A DNA stretch of 64,000 bases, from positions 596 to 64,595 of the IMG/VR virus record IMGVR_UViG_3300042691_027299; one strand, written 5' to 3'. Shown piece after piece: positions 17,711 through 25,986 of the stretch. Each line of letters starts with the position of its first letter. Position 1 is the stretch's first letter. A program made the translations under genes and the position numbers. The stretch comes from a virus. Its lineage: Duplodnaviria > Caudoviricetes. The notes below the pieces were generated by a model. The model was not told the DNA's origin. It saw only the letters and a program-made list of their open reading frames with translations, and searched no databases.

Positions 17711-18292
17711 CTACGATTTCCTGCGCCGCTTAGGCCACGGCCTGCCACTGGAACCCCAACGCCGCCTGCACATCTCGCGGCTCATGCCCGCATGCTTCGC
17801 GGCAATTCTATCAGTCATGTAATCGCGCGAAAACCAAGCCGCGCGCCCGCGCTCTAGCTGTTCCTCGGAAAATTCAACCCGAGGCCGCCCCGGCGGAATG
17901 ATGCCAGCCGGGAGCCGCCGCCCGCCGCCGCGCAATCCCCTGATCGCATCCTCTAACATCGCCTCGCGCTGGCGCTTGTTATCGCTGCGCCGTCCTGTGT
18001 GGACTTCCACGATCACCGCGCCGCGCTCGATCAGCTCCGACATGGCAGACGCGACCTGCGTTGTCGGGCTCATGCTGTCCTTGTGGCGAGACGCCGGCAG
18101 CATCACCAAAGCAATCAACCAGATCGTATCGCCGCCGCGCGTAATCTTCACGACGTCGCGCCACGTCGGGCAGTCATCGCCGACGTGGATGATATTTGAG
18201 GCCCCGGCCGCCCGCAGGCGCCGTGATTGCTCCGACCGCTTCATGCGCTCGGATGCGAAGGTTAGGCCCATTTTTGACTTATCCACGATCAT
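17711..18292 (-). CDS. Degenerate serine recombinase (resolvase/invertase-like) with C-terminal HTH
   Basis: GLTFAS..Q...LRAAGA, RGGDTIWL, ELIERGAVIV and GRP + HTH; canonical YARVS eroded. Confidence 0.6.
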   Translation of the reverse strand: MIVDKSKMGLTFASERMKRSEQSRRLRAAGASNIIHVGDDCPTWRDVVKITRGGDTIWLIALVMLPASRHKDSMSPTTQVASAMSELIERGAVIVEVHTGRRSDNKRQREAMLEDAIRGLRGGGRRLPAGIIPPGRPRVEFSEEQLERGRAAWFSRDYMTDRIAAKHAGMSREMCRRRWGSSGRPWPKRRRKS

Positions 18293-18315
18293 TTGCGTAA
18301 AGGGTACGAAATCGC

Positions 18316-18344
18316 TTGCATTGCGTCAACGGTTAATTTATGTT
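18316..18344 (+). promoter_or_regulatory. Sigma70-like promoter driving the cassette array
   Basis: TTGCAT-N17-TATGTT, divergent from the resolvase-like gene. Confidence 0.6.
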
Positions 18345-18392
18345 TCTCCACATACCGGCGCCTCGCGGGACATCAGGGGCGGAGCAACGACC

Positions 18393-18596
18393 ATGACGAA
18401 CCATCCGAACCGTAGCGGCACGTTTGAGCTTTCATTCTGGGGCCTCGTGCCGGTCAAGTATCGCCGCAAGCACAAGACAATCGAGGCGGCAAAGGCTGAG
18501 GCAGAGCGCGTTTTAGCCAAACTGCCGAACCGTGGCGCGCATCCTGCCGTTATCTATCAGGACGGCGCTCGCCAGCCCGTCGCGTCGGTTTTCTGA
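18393..18596 (+). CDS. Small protein, MTNHPNRS N-terminus
   Basis: GGAG RBS; leader and N-terminus shared with 19346-19546. Confidence 0.65.
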   Translation: MTNHPNRSGTFELSFWGLVPVKYRRKHKTIEAAKAEAERVLAKLPNRGAHPAVIYQDGARQPVASVF

Positions 18597-18619
18597 ATCA
18601 ACAGGAAAGGCCGCTTGCA

Positions 18620-18970
18620 ATGGGACGAGAAGCTGACGAGATGTGGGCCGCTGCAATAGGGATTGCCAAGTCGTTTACTAGATCACCCGAGATGCAAGCC
18701 TTCTACCGGGAGCAGGGCCGCAAACGATCTGAGGCAATTCAGCGCGAGATCGCGGCACAGAAGGCAGCTCGCGAAGCGCGGGAGACCGAGCGCCAGCGCA
18801 GTCGATCCTATGACGTATGGGCACTAAACGGCGGGGCTGATGAATGCACGCAGTTCGGCATCATGGACGGATGCAAGCCTAACTGTCCGGTGTTTGAGCG
18901 CGGAGAGTGCCCGATGCAAGAGGAGAACGAGGCTATATTTGCAGAGCCCGCGCACGGATCAACCCTGTAA
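18620..18970 (+). CDS. Cassette hypothetical protein (Cys cluster)
   Basis: Lies between two motif copies. Confidence 0.65.
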   Translation: MGREADEMWAAAIGIAKSFTRSPEMQAFYREQGRKRSEAIQREIAAQKAAREARETERQRSRSYDVWALNGGADECTQFGIMDGCKPNCPVFERGECPMQEENEAIFAEPAHGSTL

Positions 18971-18984
18971 CGGAAAGGCCACAA

Positions 18985-19251
18985 ATGAGCGACTTATCAA
19001 ATGATGCCTATATTGTTCGCGTTGCTATCATCGAAGAGGCCGCGTCTATCCGCGCTGCTCTCACGGCGCCGCATGTCATCTACAAGCCGGCGCTATATCC
19101 AGACGGCACAAAATGGTGCGCGTTGTTCGGGGATGATTTGATGAGCGGCGTCGCAGGGTTTGGCGACACGCCTGCCGAAGCAATGGCAGACTTCGACAAA
19201 GCATGGACTGCCGCTCGGACACCCGCCGCAACTCTGCGCGCGAAACTGTAA
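18985..19251 (+). CDS. Cassette hypothetical protein (HicB-N-like GDTP.EA motif)
   Basis: WCALFG...GVAGFGDTPAEAM..F. Confidence 0.6.
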   Translation: MSDLSNDAYIVRVAIIEEAASIRAALTAPHVIYKPALYPDGTKWCALFGDDLMSGVAGFGDTPAEAMADFDKAWTAARTPAATLRAKL

Positions 19252-19270
19252 AGCGAAGGCCGGCCTCGCG

Positions 19271-19299
19271 TTCAACATTCGCGCAGGACGGGTTATAAT
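19271..19299 (+). promoter_or_regulatory. Internal sigma70-like promoter
   Basis: TTCAAC-N17-TATAAT. Confidence 0.6.
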
Positions 19300-19345
19300 A
19301 GGAATATCGGCGCCTCGCGGTTCAATCAGGGGCAGGAGAAGTGAA

Positions 19346-19546
19346 ATGGTTACGCATCCGAACAGGTCACGAAAGACGATCAGCGTGAAGCTGACAGAGG
19401 ATGAGTTGAGTTGGCTTATCTATGCTCAAGGTATGATGCAGGAAGATTTGACAGAAGGCGACGACCAGCCCGGCGCAACGCCTGAGATCGGCAAGAAACT
19501 TGTCAACGCGCGGTCACAGCTTCGCGCTCGTCACCCAAAGCGCTAA
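19346..19546 (+). CDS. Small protein, MVTHPNRS N-terminus (possible RHH-like)
   Basis: AGGAG RBS; RKTISVKLTEDEL. Confidence 0.65.
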   Translation: MVTHPNRSRKTISVKLTEDELSWLIYAQGMMQEDLTEGDDQPGATPEIGKKLVNARSQLRARHPKR

Positions 19547-19565
19547 CCACAGGAAAGGCCCGGCG

Positions 19566-19832
19566 ATGAAACAATGGCTCCCAGTCGAAACGCTTCCGCC
19601 TCCCGGCGAGCGTCCGGGCAAAGTTTGGGTATTGGTCGAAGGAAGCCAAGAACACAGCGGCTTGCGCTGGCGGCGCCGAATGGCTGGGCTTGCTCGCACT
19701 CATAACGGAGGCTTTGAGTACGCCGATGTCCGGTCCATTGAGGAACAGGATCAGATGGACAAGGGGACGGGGAAGGTGACGCATTGGCTCCCGATCGACT
19801 TGCCGCACTATCCCGACGATTTGGAAAAGTAA
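19566..19832 (+). CDS. Cassette protein (DUF551-like)
   Basis: W.PVET.P N-terminus and VTHWLP C-terminus. Confidence 0.65.
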   Translation: MKQWLPVETLPPPGERPGKVWVLVEGSQEHSGLRWRRRMAGLARTHNGGFEYADVRSIEEQDQMDKGTGKVTHWLPIDLPHYPDDLEK

Positions 19833-19848
19833 AGGAAAGGCCAGGATC

Positions 19849-20079
19849 ATGACGTTACGCATCAAATGGATTTGCGGCATGGAGCCGATGCGCGAAGGCG
19901 AGTATCCGTCAATGTTCGAGGTTGGCAAGAATGGCGTAACCGAGATCACGGCCGAAACGGAAAACTACGGCGATCACGGTATTGGTTGGTTTAACGTGCA
20001 CTTCGGAGAGCATGTGCTGCAACGCTTGCAGATGCGAGCTACATCCGAGGTCCGCTACTTTCAACCCGGCGACCAGTAA
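19849..20079 (+). CDS. Cassette hypothetical protein
   Basis: Lies between motif copies. Confidence 0.65.
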   Translation: MTLRIKWICGMEPMREGEYPSMFEVGKNGVTEITAETENYGDHGIGWFNVHFGEHVLQRLQMRATSEVRYFQPGDQ

Positions 20080-20095
20080 AGGAAAGGCCAGACAG

Positions 20096-20377
20096 ATGAG
20101 CCGAGCCAACAACTACGGATCAAAGTTCTTCGCCGTCGAAACGGAAACAGAGACAGACATGGTGTTTGCTGACCGCGCAGAGTGCCGCGACGGTGTGTTA
20201 ATGCTGCATGGTGGGTTTCGGAAAGAAAACGAAACCGCCTTATCAGGCGCCGAAATCATTCTTGCTGCCTATGCGCCCGGTTGCTGGCGGCGTGTTAGTG
20301 CCGCGTCAGTGATTGACGGTCACGCTGTCGCCATTGACAGCACAAACAAGAAATCAGTTGCGAAGCATTGTAAATGA
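20096..20377 (+). CDS. Cassette hypothetical protein
   Basis: ATG 6 nt after the motif. Confidence 0.65.
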   Translation: MSRANNYGSKFFAVETETETDMVFADRAECRDGVLMLHGGFRKENETALSGAEIILAAYAPGCWRRVSAASVIDGHAVAIDSTNKKSVAKHCK

Positions 20378-20389
20378 AAGGCCGGAGCC

Positions 20390-20626
20390 ATGCCAAAGTT
20401 CAAAGTCACGCGACTTGAGCGAGTTGAGGTGTACGCAACAATTGAGGCGGATGACGCCAATGCAGCCATCTCGTTATTCGACGAGCACTATCCCGGTCTC
20501 ACAAACTTTGCCGGAAACGGCGGCAGCAATAAGTTGATCGGCATCTCCCCATGCGACGAGGTGAACTACGGCGTCGAAAGCGTTGAGGATTATCTTGAGT
20601 CCCAATGCAAAGAGTTGAAGCCGTAA
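20390..20626 (+). CDS. Cassette hypothetical protein
   Basis: Lies between motif copies; MPKFKV...IEADD. Confidence 0.65.
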   Translation: MPKFKVTRLERVEVYATIEADDANAAISLFDEHYPGLTNFAGNGGSNKLIGISPCDEVNYGVESVEDYLESQCKELKP

Positions 20627-20647
20627 AGGAAATGCCGCCACCTACAC

Positions 20648-20673
20648 AGCCCGGCATCAGCGCCGGGCTTTTT
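20648..20673 (+). terminator. Rho-independent terminator closing the cassette array
   Basis: AGCCCGGC-loop-GCCGGGCT followed by a T run. Confidence 0.8.
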
Positions 20674-21013
20674 CATTCGACCTTGAGGACGGATCTTAGA
20701 ACAGGGTGCTTCTCAAGATGGTCCTCGACGTAATCGGCTTCACGCAGCGAGACCTTCCCGTCATGTCGGGAGATGTAAGCCAGATCTCGGGTTGCAACCT
20801 CAAGGCTAGTCGGCGCGCTGGCGTTTGGTTTGAAGGCTGCAAACGCTTCCGTCAGCCCCATGTCTTTGGCGTAGGCCTGAAAGACGGGGTTGTCTCCCCA
20901 ACTGGCAACAATCTGCTGCAAGGCGTTCTCTGATCGCCGATAGATGGTTAGTTCGGAATACGCTGCCGACGCTTGGGCGCGAATAAACTCGGCCTCGATC
21001 TCGGTTGTCGTCA
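20673..21013 (-). CDS. Hypothetical protein next to att
   Basis: ORF converging on the terminator; start uncertain. Confidence 0.5.
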
Positions 21014-21055
21014 TTTTCCGCCTGCTGGGACTCACTGTTGGGGATTTCCGCGATT

Positions 21056-21086
21056 CGTTCATGCCCTGTCCATTCCTGTTCATGCC
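21056..21086. repeat. Putative integrase arm-type sites
   Basis: Three ~10-bp tandem units CGTTCATGCC / TGTCCATTCC / TGTTCATGCC about 55 bp left of the att core. Confidence 0.55.
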
Positions 21087-21139
21087 ACGAGAACGCGGCA
21101 TTTATCCAACAAAATCAACGCACTTAGCCCGTTTTGACT

Positions 21140-21189
21140 GCTGACTCTTAATCAGCGGGTCGAAGGTTCGAGTCCTTCATCACCCACCA
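21140..21189 (+). other. att core: 3' half of tRNA-Lys(CTT), not a complete tRNA
   Basis: GCTGA-CTCTTAA-TCAGC anticodon arm, GGTTCGAGTCC T arm and ATCACCCACCA end; D arm and 5' acceptor strand absent; integrase 0.5 kb away. Confidence 0.92.
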
Positions 21190-21198
21190 ATTTTACTC

Positions 21199-21699
21199 TT
21201 AATTTTCAACGCTTTCTGGCCTTGTTAACTTTTGCCGCTTTTTGCTGTTGGGGGTTTGTGTTGGTCCCGGCTGCATCGGCGCGTGCGTGGGCCGATGACT
21301 CCGAAGCCCCGAATAGTGGAACGTATGCAGGCACAGGATGTGCTCTAGCTGATCGTTCAGGTGAAACCATTCCCCGTGCACCCAGACGTGGCGCAGCGCC
21401 TTTTTGATCATGTCCTCGGCCACCGCACCACCCAACAGCACCCCCAACACAACGACCTGGTAAGGGCAGTGTCCTTGGATCTGTCGAAGCCGAAAGCCGG
21501 GGTTGTTGCTCATGCCGACTTTCACCCGATCACGGCAGGTCATGAAGTAGACTAACGGCTCGTTGTTGTTGCCGATTGGGAATGTCGGCTCGCGCGTGGC
21601 GATCGGTGCCCGCCGCTTAATTGCTTCGATCAATGTCTCGGCCGTGTAGAAGCGGCGCTCCTCATCCCAGATGTCCGGGACGGTGTGATCAATCCTCAT
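21199..21699 (-). CDS. T5orf172/GIY-YIG-like domain protein
   Basis: VYFM...VKVGMS.NP..RL..IQ...E......GEWF. Confidence 0.8.
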   Translation of the reverse strand: MRIDHTVPDIWDEERRFYTAETLIEAIKRRAPIATREPTFPIGNNNEPLVYFMTCRDRVKVGMSNNPGFRLRQIQGHCPYQVVVLGVLLGGAVAEDMIKKALRHVWVHGEWFHLNDQLEHILCLHTFHYSGLRSHRPTHAPMQPGPTQTPNSKKRQKLTRPESVEN

Positions 21700-22702
21700 T
21701 CTTTCTCCGCATCGCGACGACCTTGCCGTCTGTATCCAGCAAGCGCGGCATCTTGCCAAGCGCCGACCTAACTTCCGTGCCGATGACGTGCCGGTACTTC
21801 TCCGTCACCGATACCGAGCTGTGGCCAAGATGGTCCTTGATTACTTCCAGTGCAGCGCCGGACTGGCCGAGCCACGTTGCGAAAGAGTGCCGGATGTCGT
21901 GCCATCGAAAATTGGTGATTTGCGCTCGATCCAACGCGGTCTCAAAATGCCGGCGCCAGTTTGTCGTGTCGAAGACGTGTTCGCGGTCCTTGGGCAAGGA
22001 CGCCAGCAGCAGGATTGCTTCATCGCTGAGTGCAACCGTCCGCTCGTATCCACCCTTCACCCTGACCGTAATAGAGCTAGCCTTGACGTTCTCCCATCGC
22101 AGGTTAAAAGCCTCACGCTTTCGGAGGCCGGTCATGAACATGAACTGGCAGACCTGTCGGATGTGAAGCGGCAGCGCGTCGATCAATCGGGCTGCCTCGG
22201 CAGGATCCAGATGGCGCACGCGGGCGCGCTCTTTAGTCTTCATCGCAGACCAGTCAATCACCTTGACGGGCTGTTCCCATCGCTTTGCTGCAATGCTGTG
22301 GACGCCGTGGAGCGTGGTGACGGTGCGGTTGATAGATATTTCCCCGATGCCCTTGGCTCTCATCGCGGCGACCATAGCCGCGACATGCTTTGCCGACAGA
22401 TCAGCTAGCGGCGTTCGCGCGTCGATAAAGTCGCAACAATATCTTAACCAGCGTTGCACGTTGCGGGCGTCTTTCAGTCGCCGTCCGTGCTCGATCCAGT
22501 ACCGACCGCAGGCGTGATCAAGCGTAAGGACCGGGACCGCTGACGAGGCAGGAAGCTGGCGGATCGCTTGTTCTCTAAGCTGCTTTTCAAACTGTTCCGC
22601 GTCCCGGCGGGTGCGCGCGCCAGTGCTTCGGACAATCCGACGCCCTTTGACGATAATTTCTGTGTACCAATATGGGGAGTTGGTCCGCTTGAAGAGTGAC
22701 AC
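21689..22702 (-). CDS. int: Tyrosine integrase
   Basis: TGLRKRE, HDIRH, LGH and TEKY catalytic residues; N-terminal arm-binding region. Confidence 0.96.
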   Translation of the reverse strand: MSLFKRTNSPYWYTEIIVKGRRIVRSTGARTRRDAEQFEKQLREQAIRQLPASSAVPVLTLDHACGRYWIEHGRRLKDARNVQRWLRYCCDFIDARTPLADLSAKHVAAMVAAMRAKGIGEISINRTVTTLHGVHSIAAKRWEQPVKVIDWSAMKTKERARVRHLDPAEAARLIDALPLHIRQVCQFMFMTGLRKREAFNLRWENVKASSITVRVKGGYERTVALSDEAILLLASLPKDREHVFDTTNWRRHFETALDRAQITNFRWHDIRHSFATWLGQSGAALEVIKDHLGHSSVSVTEKYRHVIGTEVRSALGKMPRLLDTDGKVVAMRRKNED

Positions 22703-22854
22703 TTGGACCTCTCAATGTGCTGTTCCACGTCCTTTGGATCATACAGCCGTCGCCGGTCGATTCTGACCACCGGGATCTTGAGGTTGCGCACATGGCGCGG
22801 GGTGCACCGAAGATGCTCCGCAACTTCCTGAATTGTCCATAGCCGGTGCGTCAT
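22474..22854 (-). CDS. Excisionase-like HTH protein overlapping int
   Basis: LWTIQEVAEHL...RRLYDPKDV winged HTH. Confidence 0.75.
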   Translation of the reverse strand: MTHRLWTIQEVAEHLRCTPRHVRNLKIPVVRIDRRRLYDPKDVEQHIERSKCHSSSGPTPHIGTQKLSSKGVGLSEALARAPAGTRNSLKSSLENKRSASFLPRQRSRSLRLITPAVGTGSSTDGD

Positions 22855-23168
22855 AGCCCCTTACCCCATGGATCGTGTCGCTTCGGAAACGGGCGTTTCT
22901 TGCGCAGCCCGGCGCGCTTTGCCTCGATGCGAGCGGCTTTCGCAATGCGAGGCACGTCTACGTTTGCCGTGATCTTGCGATGGCAATTCGCGTCCAGCAC
23001 CCGGCAATTGTCGAGCGTGTTGCTGCCCCCGAACGAGTAGGGCACCGGATAGTGGTCATATTCGGCGCTTGTGATCTTGAGCGGGATCGCGTGCGCACCG
23101 CACTCGCAATGGCCGCCGGATCGTGCCCAAGCCGCGCGCTTTACAGACTCAGGGAAAGCGCGGGTCAT
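22851..23168 (-). CDS. HNH endonuclease
   Basis: CEC...EYDH..P...GGSN..DNC..L...CH. Confidence 0.85.
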   Translation of the reverse strand: MTRAFPESVKRAAWARSGGHCECGAHAIPLKITSAEYDHYPVPYSFGGSNTLDNCRVLDANCHRKITANVDVPRIAKAARIEAKRAGLRKKRPFPKRHDPWGKGL

Positions 23169-23437
23169 TCCGTCACCTTTGGACGGGCGGCAATGGCAGC
23201 GCTGAAGCCTTTTACCGGCCAATCGTAATAGGTCTTGAGCATCTCCACCATTGGGCCTGTCGGCTCCACCGGCACCACGACATGCGTTCCGCTGGCTTCG
23301 ATGACTGCAATAGCAATGCAAGCCTTTGCCTTCCATTCGTCCCACGTTTCGTAAGCAAGCTGGTCCCACAAAGAAAAACCCCCGTGGTAGTCGCGTTCTA
23401 AAGCTCGCGCGATCTTCTCAATCAGTTCCTCGCTCAT
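23165..23437 (-). CDS. Hypothetical protein
   Basis: IEKIARAL and VVPVEPT..M motifs; coupled. Confidence 0.7.
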   Translation of the reverse strand: MSEELIEKIARALERDYHGGFSLWDQLAYETWDEWKAKACIAIAVIEASGTHVVVPVEPTGPMVEMLKTYYDWPVKGFSAAIAARPKVTE

Positions 23438-23679
23438 GTCTCGCGCCTCCGTTTGCGCTCGGCAAGCATGGCTTCTGCGAGATCATACGCCCGAGAAGAA
23501 ATAACGCTTGAGTAACCGTTGCCAGTCGCGGCGCACAGCCCCTGCATTGCAATCTCTGCAAGGCGATCAAGTTCCCGCCAGTCTGCTTCCGTTCGATGGC
23601 ACTCCAGGTGATATTCCTTGCCATCTATATGCACACGACTGCGGGGCAACTCTCCGTTACATCGGGCGCAGTTACTCAT
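23434..23679 (-). CDS. Hypothetical protein
   Basis: CxxC...HxxC; AMQGL...AYDLAEAMLAER. Confidence 0.7.
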   Translation of the reverse strand: MSNCARCNGELPRSRVHIDGKEYHLECHRTEADWRELDRLAEIAMQGLCAATGNGYSSVISSRAYDLAEAMLAERKRRRET

Positions 23680-24080
23680 GCTGCCTTCTCCCGTAACAGC
23701 GCCTCGGGATCAAGGCCGGTTTCTACGCGGATTACCTCGTCAACGTCATCGTTCAACTTGCAAAACGCATTGTGCCCGAGCTTCTCAAATGCGATGGACT
23801 GCGGCACGCAGACGGCCACGTTATTGCCGATGACCTTGGTCCACGAATGACACCGAAACATCATGAAGCCGATGATCGGGATGAGCTTTGCAAACTGCTC
23901 GGCATCGGCGCCAACCTCAAACTCGTGAATGTAGCAATGTTCCGCGCGGACCAGCAGCCACGCGCGCAAGTGCTCGGCATCCTTGGGCTTGAACTTGTGC
24001 CACTCCGGCCAATGATGAAACGTGGCCGCGATGACCGCAAAGAAGCGTTTATGTTGGTCAAGGCTTCTCGGCTTGCTCAT
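23676..24080 (-). CDS. DUF1367/NinB-like recombination protein
   Basis: PRSLDQHKRFFA and PQSIAF motifs. Confidence 0.65.
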   Translation of the reverse strand: MSKPRSLDQHKRFFAVIAATFHHWPEWHKFKPKDAEHLRAWLLVRAEHCYIHEFEVGADAEQFAKLIPIIGFMMFRCHSWTKVIGNNVAVCVPQSIAFEKLGHNAFCKLNDDVDEVIRVETGLDPEALLREKAA

Positions 24081-24476
24081 GGCAACCCCATGCTTGCCCG
24101 GCACATCTTGTGTGCGCTGCGAACTTGTTCCCGAGCCGATGGGCTCAAGCCTTCCGCTTCAAGACAACGGCCTAGCGCTCGCATAGCTGAGGCAATGACA
24201 AGCTGATCGTTGACGCGCTCGCGTCGCTGGAGAGATTCGAGGGCTCCGAGCAGTTCGGCGTTGGAGCGCTCGGCATCTTTGATGAGGGCGGCAAGTTCAA
24301 CACTTGATTGCGCACCGTCACTTCCTTGACGTTGATGCGCCACCGCTGGTGCAATTCTCGGCATATGTCCTCCCACCCGAGGCCCTTGGCCCGGTAGCTT
24401 TCAATGAGGTTGTGGACGCGACATGCTTCGACTGAATAGAGTTGAGACTTGCGGGGCCGGCGCTTGTTGGTAAGCA

Positions 24477-25097
24477 TCACGCCGCCCTCCGATACGCGGT
24501 GTTGAGCGCTGCAATCGTTTCGTCGACTTCCTGCAAGAACTCGACAATCGCGCCGCTCAACCCGGCAATGGTTTCCTCGTCACGCTCCAGGCGCTTCACG
24601 AACAGCCGAAGGTCTTCCGGCATGCGCGGATCGTAGGAGACGAAATCGCACCAGGAACGATCAGTGCAGGCCATTTGCCACTGCATTTGCAGGGCGTACT
24701 TGCCCGGCACCGACTTGCCTAGAAGCGTCTCGATGTGCGTTGCCGTGTTCGGGCACTTAATCTCGACAAGACCATTCGTGCCGATCAAGCCGTCCGGGCT
24801 GGCGCCGCTCATGGCAATGGTCGGGTGCTGCGCAAACGCTATCTGCTCAACGTCGGTGTTTTGATAAAAGCAGTATGCCTCGCGAGCTTCGGCCTCAGTG
24901 GCAACGCCCCATTCCATCGCGGCGTTCGTGTAGCTCTCACCAAGGATGCCGGTCAGGCGTTCGGCCACCAGTTGCGCGCGATAGTTGGCGCGGCTGGCGC
25001 TCCATCCCGTTTTTGTTTTGGCAACCACATCTGCAACGCGCGAGGCCGTCACCTTGCCGAGCCTGATTGCCTTCCATTCGTCCGAACCTTGTTCCAT
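24477..25097 (-). CDS. YqaJ/lambda-exonuclease family protein
   Basis: QGSDEW...RLGKVTAS, ASPDGL, EIKCP and QMQWQM motifs. Confidence 0.93.
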   Translation of the reverse strand: MEQGSDEWKAIRLGKVTASRVADVVAKTKTGWSASRANYRAQLVAERLTGILGESYTNAAMEWGVATEAEAREAYCFYQNTDVEQIAFAQHPTIAMSGASPDGLIGTNGLVEIKCPNTATHIETLLGKSVPGKYALQMQWQMACTDRSWCDFVSYDPRMPEDLRLFVKRLERDEETIAGLSGAIVEFLQEVDETIAALNTAYRRAA

Positions 25098-25098
25098 G

Positions 25099-25986
25099 TC
25101 AGCCCGCCTTTTTCTTGAGGGCTGCAATGGCGCGCTCGTAGTCGGATGCTTTTAGGTCGGGCAGCTTCTCAATCTTGAAGTAGCCGCAAAACTTCGGCAA
25201 ATCCGCTTCCGTTGCCTCGATCAGATCGCGCAACGTTGACTCTTGTTCTTCGGTAATGAATTGAGACGGGGCCGCGCCGTCCGTGTCTTTGTCGTCATGG
25301 CCAACCAGATTGAGCAGGGCGAACGCGGCGTAGCGCTTGCCGTAGGACACAGACGAACCCCACCCCTGCACGTTGTTCTTGGCCCCACCCGTATCAATCG
25401 GCAGTGCCAGTTGCGAGCGCTCGGAATGCCCGTCAACGTGGGTGAGAACTGCCGTCACGTTCACGCGATCCGCTGCGGTTTGCGCGGTTTCGAACGTCAG
25501 CACCAATTCCTCGGAGGCCAACACCGGCTCGATTTGCGCGCAAACTTCCTCCCACTTTGCATAAGTCGATTGCTTAACCTTGCCGACCTTTGCGCCGCGA
25601 TCGTCTTTGACGTTGCCCTCGATAACGCCCGTCTTGATGAGCTTGGGCATTTTGGATTTGGCACGCATCAGCGCCGATACGAATGATGACTTTGCCGCTC
25701 GCGCCGTGGCGCGCTCATACATGGCATACATGCGCTCAACGCGCTCGACATCAGCGCCAGACGCAATCGCGCGGTCAATCATGCTGATGAGTGCGGCGGA
25801 TTCCGAGCTTGCCGCAGACGGCAGGCGCACTAGCCGATCAGCGCCGCGAGATACCTCGCCAGATCCGCCATTCCCTTGCCGATCAACAACCCGATCACCA
25901 GTGTCACCGCTACGATCAGCAGGTGCGCTATCGCTCCCGCTATGCCCCGCAGCCAAATCAGCCTGTCCATCCGTTGCCCTGTCCAT
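25099..25986 (-). CDS. ERF-family single-strand annealing protein
   Basis: YAKWE, HVDGH, GSSVSYGKRY...D.D motifs. Confidence 0.9.
   Translation of the reverse strand: MDRATDGQADLAAGHSGSDSAPADRSGDTGDRVVDRQGNGGSGEVSRGADRLVRLPSAASSESAALISMIDRAIASGADVERVERMYAMYERATARAAKSSFVSALMRAKSKMPKLIKTGVIEGNVKDDRGAKVGKVKQSTYAKWEEVCAQIEPVLASEELVLTFETAQTAADRVNVTAVLTHVDGHSERSQLALPIDTGGAKNNVQGWGSSVSYGKRYAAFALLNLVGHDDKDTDGAAPSQFITEEQESTLRDLIEATEADLPKFCGYFKIEKLPDLKASDYERAIAALKKKAG

Larger units (their letters stand above)
18604..20636 (+). repeat. Eight dispersed copies of TAA(A)GGAAAGGCC separating small ORFs
   Basis: Cores at 18604, 18972, 19253 (GCGAAGGCC), 19552, 19834, 20081, 20375 (TGAAAGGCC), 20628 (GGAAATGCC). 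Confidence 0.9.
1..21189. mobile_element. Prophage A, right part; apparently capsid-less (defective or satellite-like)
   Basis: NusG-like, terS, terL, portal, fibre, lysis and accessory genes ending at the tRNA-Lys att core; left end lies outside the window. Confidence 0.75.

Noticed and set aside
17898-18392. 232-aa plus-strand ORF
   Set aside because: Antisense to the resolvase-like gene; the promoter and RBS point to a start at 18393.
18604-20636. CRISPR array or classical integron
   Set aside because: Repeats are 9-13 bp with 250-370-bp ORF-containing spacers; no cas genes, attC hairpins or IntI.
21114-21189. Complete tRNA-Lys gene
   Set aside because: The upstream bases cannot form the acceptor stem (GGGTGAT needed) or a D arm; only the 3' half is present.
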